From assembly GCF_009914755.1 (NCBI RefSeq), contig NC_060934.1: 64,000 nt of DNA; one strand, 5' to 3'. A program made the translations under genes and the position numbers. The notes under the pieces are model-generated. The model was given only the letters and a program-made list of their open reading frames with translations, was not told where the DNA came from and did not search any database. Shown here in pieces: positions 49,544-64,000 of this stretch. The DNA is from the human T2T-CHM13v2.0 reference genome, Homo sapiens. Numbering within the stretch: position 1 is the stretch's first letter; each line of letters starts with the position of its first letter.

Positions 49544-50195
49544 TGTAATATTTTTGGTATTTATACAGTATCATGCTTTGCAAAGAGCAATCATATTTAA
49601 TAATTTAATTTCTTGCCTTCCCGCTTAATCCTCTGGAAAAGTTGGACTGCTTGTGTGGTAAATTCCAGTTTATAGGTGGGCAAGATTGTTGTGTGCTTGT
49701 TACCTTCACTTGGGCCAATGGGAAAGAGGTTGGAAACCACCTATTGATCATGTCTAATTTGTGCATATTTCCACTGACCTGTGTTGCCAACCCTGACACA
49801 GGCCAGGCTGTGAACCAATTATACCTGAGATCAATAGCAGCTCTTCATATAGTGGGTGTTCTTGCCAGACTGACAGTCTGTTAAAGGCAGATGTAATGGC
49901 TAGATGCAGAGTCTAGCCAAGAAAGGATTTTGCAGTGCTGTATGTTGGGTCATTAAATATCTGGCATAAGAGAAAGTTAAACTTATAAGATGGTAGCATC
50001 ACCTCTTGGGACTAGGCAGAAATTTAGTGGATTTTTGCAGAATACCAGAAAGTGGAAAATTTGAAGTTAAATTTGATTTATATATTGAATTTTAAGACTG
50101 ATAGAATATAACTTTTTCTCTCTTTCCTCCTATCTTTTCCCAAAACCAAATTAAAATGAATGATGATAACAACTGGGCTTTTAAATTATGGTAAG

Positions 50196-50240
50196 GTCTA
50201 TGGCCATACCACTCTGAAAATGAACCCCATCTTTTCTGAT
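50196..50240 (+). pseudogene. 3'-truncated 5S rRNA retropseudogene (5' ~43 nt)
   Basis: GTCTATGGCCATACCACTCTGAA...CCCATCTTTTCTGAT matches 5S 5' end GTCTACGGCCATACCACCCTGAACGCGCCCGATCTCGTCTGAT; 13-bp TSD AAAT(T/G)ATGGTAAG (50183-50195 / 50241-50253). Confidence 0.88.
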
Positions 50241-50394
50241 AAATGATGGTAAGAAGAAAACAGATTAAGACATTATATTGGGAACTTTGGACTTAGGACA
50301 TTGGAGAATCCTACAAAATGGACCAAAAGATGCTTCTATCATCTGATCAACTTCAGGCTTGGCCCTATGTAGAGAGGGATGCTCTTTCCATTAA

Positions 50395-51147
<753 letters not shown>

Positions 51148-52238
51148 TTTCTAGATGGTTGCATTAGCCCCCATTTTCTGGGAAGTAATTTTATCCTCAT
51201 TTACATATTTTAGAGGTACAGATCCGACCCTTTCCCAGCCCCTTTCACTCCACCCACCCCACATAAAGGTTTACCTAAACACAGCCATCAATCACAGCCC
51301 TCCCTTCAGGAATTTCGAGTCTTTTATTCATAAGAGAACAGAGTATATTGTGGCGAAAATGAACTCAGGTCAATCCACCATAATGTCTGTGTGTATAGCA
51401 ATTGGGCAATCAAGTAAAGAAAATGCCAGCATGGATGATTAGAAATGTAAGCTCTGTATTCAAAACCAGGCATCAGGGGATAATTGTGACAGGGGCCAAT
51501 TCAGTAGAAAATGATTTTTCTTGTGCCACATATTATAGTCAAGGGATAATTTTGTTTTTGTTTTGTTTTTCCCCAGGGCAGCCCCATGAATATGAAGATA
51601 CTTGGAAAGTCTTTACTACAGAGCATGATTTCAGGAATGATGAAACAATAAATGAGAATCTGGTATTAATAATCTGTGGGTTTTAAATTTTATGCCATTC
51701 AAAGATGTGAGGACCAGTCATTTCATGTATCCTACAAAGTGGAACATGCCGTGGGACACACAGATTCATGATTCATGAGGAGGTTGGATGTCTGACAGTA
51801 AACATTCACACACACAATTTGAGTCTTTGGTGCTTACTGGCTGTACTTTGATAATACCTCATCAATTCAAACCTCTCAAAGCCAGATCTTGGAATGAAAC
51901 AGGTTGAAAAGACTGAGAGCTGAAGCTTGCCTTTGCATAGTTGACAGCCTTTGCTCAGCAAACTAAGAGTCGCTCATAGTTGATGACCAAATAAAATGCA
52001 GAGGATTTGAGAAGCACAAAATAGGGAGGGAGAAACCATCAAGAGGCTAAATACGATTTATTTAAGTTCCCCATCAGAACAGACTTCCTACAGGCCTCAA
52101 CACAGCAATGTGTTATTAACCCACAGTATGCTCTAGAAAGGACATATGAGCTGCCTTTCTTGTCAAATATCATCTTCTTCCAGAGCACCCCACCCATTCA
52201 TCTTTTGTAAAGATCAGACTTGGAATAAAACTGCGTGA

Positions 52239-52544
<306 letters not shown>

Positions 52545-52764
52545 TGCAAAGAGATATTTTAATAAAGACAGACCAGGAAAGTTGCTCCATTATCTCAGTT
52601 AAGAAGGAAAGAAGGAAAAGGAACAGTTTTCTTCCCATGGGCACACAAAGTATTTCTGCTAGGAAGACTTCAGACTACATCTCTCCACTTGTCCTAAGTA
52701 GAATTTGCAAGGCCTTCTCTCCACAACTACTTACCCTTGCAACACTCTGATTGTAGAGATGGAG

Positions 52765-53124
52765 TGATGAGCTTCGACTGTCTGTCCCCACCCAAATCTC
52801 ATCTTGAGTTGTAATCTCCAAGTGTGGAAGCAGGGAAGCGATTGGATCGTGGGCGCACTTTCCCCCATGCTGTTCTTGTGATAGTGAGTGAGTTCTCACG
52901 AGATCTGATGGTTTTATAAGTGTCTGGCATTTCCTCTGCTTGCACTTCTCTCTCCTGCCGCCATGTGAAGAAGATCCTTGCTTCCCCTTCACCTTCCACC
53001 ACGATTGTAAGTTTCCTAAGGCTTCCCCAGCCATGGGGAATTGTGAGTCAATGAAATCTCTTTCCTTTATAAATGACCCAGTCTTGGGCATGTCTTTATG
53101 GCAGTGTGAAAACGGACTAATACA
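52765..53124 (+). mobile_element. THE1-type (THE1D-like) MaLR solo LTR
   Basis: TG...GTCCCCACCCAAATCTCATCTTGA...GGACTAATACA; TSD TGGAG (52760-52764 / 53125-53129). Confidence 0.9.
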
Positions 53125-54150
53125 TGGAGCATGATGAATGTGGCTGAAACATTCTGCATCTCGTACTTTGATAAATTTACCTGTATATCAGGCAGAATGT
53201 TCTCTGGTCAGACCAGTACTTGGAGCAAAAGAGGGAAGAGGAAAGGCCCACCTGGGCCCTGATATCCTGGGACACACAGCTTGGTGGCCTGGTGGCCTGG
53301 CTTATGCCTGATTCCTCCCCAGAGGTAATTTGTCATTGTGTCTGGTCTCGTTCTCAAGAAATGTCAGTGCTGTAGTGAAAAGCTGCTGCCAAATGCACAC
53401 CTGTGTGTGTGCTTTCAGGCTGACGCTGGACACACTAAGGGCATGAAGTGCCTTGTGGAATAGAAGAGTGTTCAGTACAGCACCGAGAAGCCAGAGACTT
53501 GGTCTCCAACAAGACTTCTGAACATTTGGAACATGGTTCCCTTCCCTCTTATGGCATAAATGGGACTACAAAATGCTTCTCAATGAATACATGCCACTTT
53601 TCCTCCTTTGCTTTGTGATGGCAGTATTTCATGGAAAAGAATCCTGTCATATCATATATCTATGTGGATCTTTCCAGTGAATTAATTGTGCAAATTCCTT
53701 CTCTGCTAGAGAAATAAATACTTCTGCAAAACATTTACCTTACCTAATAGTCTAATCTTAGGCCAACAGAGCAGCAACATCTGCCAAACAGAAAACCCCT
53801 GATAATCCAGGATTAAATAACATTAATATTATTTTTTGTAGGCCAGCAGGATTGTCCAGAGGACCAGTGATAATAAGGATTTATGAGGGAGGAGAGGCCC
53901 TGCAGAAGATAACACTACAATAACATTCTGTGTTTATATTGGGCAAAGGGGACAGGACACATTTTCTACAAGCGCAAACTTCAGGATGGAAATGTTAATA
54001 CCTTGTATTTGTAGAGTGCATTGGAGCTTGTGAGTCACCTTCATACACAAGAACTCATCTATTAGGCTCCTCATCTGTGAAGGTTCCCAGGTGGGTATTA
54101 TTCTCATGCATGAGACAATGGAGGTTCAGCAAGGTAAAGTGACTCAGCTA

Positions 54151-55461
<1,311 letters not shown>

Positions 55462-56151
55462 TTAGAGCTAAGGTCCTTTTGAGAATTTTCTCCCTGAGGC
55501 CGCAGTTGAAGATTCATTTTGGGGTTGCCCTGTTCAGCAAGGAGGCTCTGAGGAGTGCAAGGGTGTGGGGACTTCTAAGAATGTGTTTTTTGAGTCAAAA
55601 TAGAAACTTTTCCTTACATTCTGACTCACAGGGGATTAGAAGGTAGTGCATGGATTAGACGAAAATGCCTCAGTTAAGAATTTAATCCTGTTAGGCAACA
55701 GTAAGTCACTATTTTTAAAGGGTTTTGTGCCAAAAAGTAGAAAGGAAAAAAAAAAGTGGCATCCACAGTTTGCAGGAGATAATTGTTTCTAAAGAGCTGC
55801 TTGCTTGAGGCCTCTTGAATGCTACATTTTCTTCCAGGTTCTTCTAAAGAGAATAATGGGTTTAAATTGGGGGTGTGAGCGCTACCTTGGCTAGGGGTTA
55901 CCAGTGGGGCTGTTTTGGCTTCAGGTGATGCCCAGGGCTGGAGCTGGAAGAGATGAGAGGAGCCAGGAGTGAGGGATTCTGGCTTCCTATCCTGTTGTCA
56001 GAGTTCAGTTATGCAGGGGAATGAGACAGAAAACGAAACCAAATGTTTACACTGATTTTGACTTTGTAGACTTGACAGTCGATTAAAATCCGTCCAGTGC
56101 CTTTTTCCTTTCCTTTTCCTTTCCCCTTTCCTTTCCTCATTCCTTCCTTCC

Positions 56152-57377
<1,226 letters not shown>

Positions 57378-57409
57378 TCAGTGGTATTCTTGCTTTCAGC
57401 ACCACAGAT

Positions 57410-58560
<1,151 letters not shown>

Positions 58561-58731
58561 TCCCATTAAGTGGGGGACCCAAGAGAGCCATTCTCCTGAC
58601 AAAATGAGTTTCTGCTGGCGAGCCCAGGGGACAGCAGTATGGTGCCCAGGAATAAGACAGGACCCACCTTTCTTACTACAGACTTCTTTCTAGGGAGCTA
58701 AGACAGGGTGGGTCCCCAGCTCTACAACTAT

Positions 58732-58836
58732 TCTATCTATCTGTCTGTCTATCTATCATCTATCTATCTATCTATCTATCTAATCTATCATTTATATCTA
58801 TTATCTCTCTATCTATCTATCTATCTATCTATCATC
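58732..58836. repeat. Compound (TCTA)n tetranucleotide microsatellite
   Basis: Direct read. Confidence 0.92.
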
Positions 58837-58899
58837 TCATAAGTTAATTTTTGAGTATGTAATCCATTCACACCCAACAGGTATGGAAAAGAAGGGTAT

Positions 58900-59180
58900 T
58901 TTTTCCTATGATTAGCTCTTTGATATACTTACTATTTTTATAATTCTTTCTTTCAAATTTATTTCTGCTTTTATTTGCTGTTTATTCTGCCTGCTTTTTC
59001 CTATGATTAGCTCTGTTATATACTTATTAGTTTTATAATTCTTTCTTTCAAATTTATTTCTGCTTTTATTTACTGTTTCTTCTGCCTGCTTTTTCCTGAT
59101 TTAGATGCTTTATTTATTTCAATTCTTCTTGTATGCATTTAAGGCTACACATTTCCCTCGTAGCACTGCTTTGGATGTCC
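58900..59180 (-). mobile_element. Old L1 fragment containing a 95-bp tandem duplication (58900-59097)
   Basis: GCATTTAAGGCTACACATTTCCCT..AGCACTGCTTTGG is a reverse L1 ORF2 motif; repeat anchors at 58905, 59000, 59095. Confidence 0.7.
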
Positions 59181-59827
59181 TTTGTGCATATCATATGGCT
59201 TCATTAGCTCTTTAGAATCATTCACAAAGCCTCTTCTCAAGGCATGAGCCTGTCACCAGGCTAAATCAGGACAGATTTAAGTCATGAACCAGGGTCAATG
59301 CTCATCTTGTTCCTCAGCCCTTACCTAGGGAGTTACCTGTGTGCTTCTCCTTCTGCCCTCAGGGAGAATTCTCTCTCAGGGACCTCATTGTCCTGTTAAG
59401 CCCATCAGATATATTTAAATGATTTTGAATAGCAAGGGGAAAAGATCTCTTTCTCTGCAAGAGTCTTCCTGTTCCTGTGTAAATTCCTGGGGCAAATAGG
59501 TGAGTGGGCAGAAGAATTCTGTCCAACTCCACTCACAGCACTCATAGTCCAAATCCCAGTAGGTTGGGGTAGTGGCTGTTGAAGAACCCCACCTCACCCC
59601 TAGAGCTGCTGCCCATGTATCCTCTTGCACCTACATTATTTCATTTAAGCTTCATGATGATTTTGCAAGGTAGTAATTTCAATCCCCATTTTCACAGACA
59701 GATACAGGTGCTTAAGAAGATAAAACAACTTACATGTGTTTACACAGCAAGTGCCAGAAATGGGATTCAAACTCAGGCCTGCTTTCAAATATGGACCTCT
59801 TCCACTCTACCAGGATGCCGTCCCAAA

Positions 59828-60130
59828 TTTTTTTTTTTTTTTTTTTGGTTTTGAGACGGAGTTTCACTCTTGTTGCCCAGGCTGGAGTGGTTTGATCTTG
59901 GCTCAGTGCAACCTCTGTCTCTCGGTTTCAAGCGATTCTCCTGCCTTAGCCTCCTGAGTAGCTGGGACTACAGGTGTGCATCACCACCCCTGGCTAATTT
60001 TTGTATTTTTAATAGAGACGGGGTTTCACCATGTTGACCAGGCTGGTATTGAACTCCTGACCTCAGGAGATCTGCCTGCCTTGGCCTCCCAAAGTGCTGG
60101 GATTACAGGCGTGAGCCACCGCACCCAGCC
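59828..60130 (-). mobile_element. AluS
   Basis: Reverse Alu consensus. Confidence 0.9.
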
Positions 60131-60746
60131 AACCTTCCCAAAAGTTTTAATACTCATGCTTCAGTTATGCAATTGTGTCAGGAAGTGATGCATCCTTTCT
60201 AAATTATGTTTTGAGATAATCAAAGCTTAGCCTTTTAAGCACCAACATTTTGTAAACTTTTGTAGACAAAAATATTCGTAGAATGTGTTACATATTTTTC
60301 ACTTTCTTAAACAGAGCATGCTGGACAGATTTTAAACTTTGCTTGATGATTCATGTCATGTTTAAGAGCATCAATTATTATGTAATGCCATATTATAGGG
60401 AGTTTAAGTATCTTGCCCAAGGCTAGACAGCTGTTAAATGGGGAAACTGTTCAAATGCAGGCAGTCTGGCTACAGAGCCCATGTTCTTAGCAACTATGCT
60501 ATCATGCCTCACCAAGTGCTCAAAAGAATTAGAGATCGCTGTGGGCTGGAGATGACTCGTCCCAATAGTATTGGTTGCTCTGGCAAAGAGCAGGGAGGCA
60601 GAATCTGAAGCCATCCAGCAAACTTAGCAGGGGTGGAGATCAGGGTCCACTTTGCTGACATTTCAGAATAGAGAAATGCCATGTCATAGCAAAAGTCCAG
60701 GAAGAACCAGATCAGAGATAGAGGGGTGAAACAAAAAGTGGATATT

Positions 60747-61241
<495 letters not shown>

Positions 61242-61453
61242 TTATTTTTGTTCAAGGTTAAATTGGAAGCCATAGCTCACTGCAAGAACCAAATGGACCT
61301 GTGAAGTAATTCCAAAATTCAACATACTTACCCCACACTCATGTAGGCACTGGACCAGGTAAAACTTACAGCATGGAGAAACAGAGGACTCTTGGTGCTT
61401 GCAGTTAAGTTCACTTCCAAGAGGGAAAAGGGTGTAGCTGATCCAAGAATGCC

Positions 61454-62258
61454 TATGACCATAAGAAGTACATTGCCCGATGTGCAGCAAGTCAGTATAC
61501 CAACACTGAGGGTTGCAGCAGAGAAAGAGGTTTAATCGTAAGGCCGCTGAACAAGGAGACAGGAGGAAACCTCAAATCCACCTCCCCAAGGAGTTTGGGG
61601 CTAGGAATATACATAAATGCAAGTATAGGACTTGCATTTATATATATTTCTATATTCCTATATTTGCATATATGTATAATATATATATTATATATATAAA
61701 AATGGAAGTTAGGACTCTCTCTCTCTCTCTCCGTAGGTCTTGCCTTCCTCCCACCTCAGTCTCCCGAGTAGCTGGGACTACAGGTGTGTACCACCATGTC
61801 TGGCTAATTTTTTATTTTTTGTAGAGATAGGGGTCTCACTATGCTGGCGTGGCTGGGGGGCCAGGGATTTTAATGGGTTTAGAGTGGATTGAGCTGTAGG
61901 GATTTTTCATGGGTTGAAGAGTGCAGGGTGAAGTCATAGGATGGGGTGATGAAGAAGCTATTTTCATGCGGACTCGGTTCCTCTGTGGGGTCTTCAAACT
62001 GGTTTGTGTCAGCCGTTTCACTAGAATGCAGGGTCTGAAAAGCATCTTAAGTAATTCTTAAACAAAAGCTTTATGATTCTATCATCAGAGATCCTATCTA
62101 CAGGAACAGTGGGGATGCAAAAGGTCTGTATCTGGTGCTATGTGACTTTCAGTTACATGGAAGTGGGCAAAGTGCAGCCTGATGAATGCTTAATTGTAAC
62201 CTTATTTCTGTCCAGAACCTGCCATGGAATTCTTGTTAACCCTGTGATGATGGTTTCA
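61454..62258 (-). mobile_element. ERV1 solo LTR (LTR26-like) interrupted by AT-rich tract and Alu fragment (~61610-61850)
   Basis: Minus strand begins TGAAACCATCATCACAGGGTTAACAAGAATT..GTTCTGGACAGAAATA; 4-bp TSD TGCC (61450-61453 / 62259-62262). Confidence 0.75.
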
Positions 62259-62394
62259 TGCCCAGTATATTCTTCTCAGAAAAGTGTTTCTACCTCCTCT
62301 TAGACAGAGTGAATAAGAGACGGTGAGAGGCCAGATGTTATATTAATGTCTTGATGGTCATCCTTTTCATGGAGGAAGCACCAGAAGTTCCCCT

Positions 62395-62835
62395 TGTGGA
62401 GTTCTAATTAGAGAAAAGGAGTTGGGCTGGTGGGACCAAAGGAATGCAAAAAGAAGCAGATAAGCTACAAATCTGCCCTTCTTCATGATCCAAGACACAT
62501 AACCCTCCTGCACAAGTAACTTACAATCTTCCTGCACTCAGCTATCACCAGACCCTCAGCTGATAGAAAAATGCAAGTTAGCTCGCTGCAACCTTGGCAA
62601 TATCAGTACTGCATAAAGCCCTCTTCAGCACAAGCACAAACACTATTGTTTAAAATCCCCAGCAAGCCTTTGTCTCCTGACAGTCAGCTCCTTTTTGCTG
62701 GCCTGCCTGTTGCTCCCCTGCAACGTATTTTTCTACTTCCTCTAATAAATCTGCCTTTCTTTACCTACAACTGTCTTGGTAAATGCTTTCATCACTGGCA
62801 CCACTGGTCTAGATAGTCACCACTCATCCATGACA
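62395..62835 (+). mobile_element. ERV1 solo LTR (MER83-like)
   Basis: TGTGGAGTTCTAATTAGAGAAAAGGAG...AATAAATCTGCCTTTC...TGACA; TSD CCCCT (62390-62394 / 62836-62840). Confidence 0.8.
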
Positions 62836-62988
62836 CCCCTTACCTTATAGTGAATAGATTTTAGCTGTGTATCCTGTAACTTTTCAACCATACCATGGTT
62901 CGCTAGAATTGATAACACTTTTCAACCCTATCCCGATAGTAGTTGTCAGGAAATGCTAGTGAAAGAGTTTGGAATTAAACTAGCATTC

Positions 62989-63163
62989 TAGCCGAGCGTG
63001 GTGGCTCACATCTGTAGTCCCAGCTAATAGGAAGGCTGAGGCAGGAGGATCAATTAAATCCAGGAATTCAAGGATGCAGTGAGCTATGATTGTGCCACTG
63101 AACTCCAGCATGGGTGACAGAGCAAGATGCCATCCCTAACAAAAAACAAAAGCAAAAGAAAAA
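62989..63163 (+). mobile_element. Alu right-arm monomer (FRAM/AluJ piece)
   Basis: Single Alu arm with A-rich tail. Confidence 0.8.
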
Positions 63164-63389
63164 ACTGAGAGTCCAAAGATGTGTTTGATTTAAATAAGTA
63201 GAAAGAGCAAGATCATTATTCTAGACAGAAGGAAACAATTTGAGCCAAGAAATATTCATTCTGTATTTAGGGGACAAATACATGAGCTGACTAATTTGAA
63301 GAGTTTCTAAAAAGCTAAGTTTGAGCAAGCCATGCCTGGCGAAGAAGTTGAAGGTTTCCAGCGATCACATGTGGAATCAGATGGTCTGA

Positions 63390-63895
63390 CTACTGAGCTT
63401 TCTATCTTTGAAAAAACCCTGTGGATGTATAAATGTTCTACAATTTTATGCCAGTCATTTGCCTGTTTGCTATCAGATTCATTCTCTACCCTTCCCTTGC
63501 TCTGGTCTGTATTGTAGGAAAATCATTTTCCAGAATTTCCATAATTGCCTTCTGGCTGGGTTTGGCCAATGGGAGGCACTGGCATGAGATTGGAGGGTAA
63601 GTGGTAGGAAGAGATCAAGGCACATTTTGTCCTCTCTTTCTGGCATCTCCAATAGTAATCATGTCTCTTCTAGGTTCCTGATCCCAGAAGATGTCCCTGC
63701 GGTGGTTCCACCTTCCACCAGCTTCTGCCAGATCCTGGACTCCAGGAACACTGCCCCCTTCAGGCCAACTTTTTGGACTTCCTCACTGTCTTCTGAGCCC
63801 CCAGGTCTTCCAACACTTTTGCAGCCACTTCCCTGTATTAAATGCCCTCTGTTTGAAATATCTAGAATAATTTTCATTTTCATGGTTGGACTGAT
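63390..63895 (+). mobile_element. ERVL LTR (LTR33-like), degraded
   Basis: GGTTTGGCCAATGGGAGGCACTGGCATGAGATTGGAGGG and TTCCCTGTATTAAATGCCCTCTGTTTGAAATA. Confidence 0.6.
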
Positions 63896-64000
63896 TCACC
63901 ACTTTCCCTCCCACTCAAATTCAGTAAGATCTACTATCTTATGACAGATATCTACCCACTCATTGCTTCCCGATGCAGACATAAACTTGGATCCCAGGCC

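Noticed and set aside
53020-53036. THE1 PRDM9 recombination-hotspot motif
   Set aside because: Reads CTTCCCCAGCCAT rather than CCTCCCTNNCCAC; key positions mismatch

Overview
Human (or closely related hominid) genomic DNA, judged from the Alu, MaLR and ERV1 repeats and the BAMBI protein sequence. The only protein-coding gene is BAMBI (BMP and activin membrane-bound inhibitor, a kinase-less TGF-beta type I pseudoreceptor) on the + strand. It has a CpG-island promoter (~2100-3720) and three coding exons, 3285-3360, 6645-6932 and 7370-7788, with GT-AG introns. These give 783 nt = 260 aa + stop, followed by a 3'UTR to about 8.1-8.3 kb. The remaining ~55 kb is very Alu-rich intergenic DNA. It holds five solo LTRs with intact target-site duplications (TSDs), a MADE1 MITE, L1/L2/MIR relics, microsatellites, local tandem duplications and a tailless 5S rRNA retrocopy. 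Several repeat-free blocks look like distal enhancers: a compressed Sox-Oct motif plus a FOX quasi-palindrome at ~15.9-16.2 kb, TFAP2/TEAD/GATA sites at ~30 kb, and a TCF-flanked orphan CpG island at ~47-48.6 kb. I found no new multi-gene system. The most promising leads are hidden BAMBI isoform and translation potential (uORFs, a strong-Kozak Met19, a soluble intron-2-retained form, a symmetric exon 2), the candidate enhancers, and an anomalous tailless Alu with a ~50-nt insert. Repeat subfamily names come from recalled consensus sequences, and many repeat boundaries are approximate.
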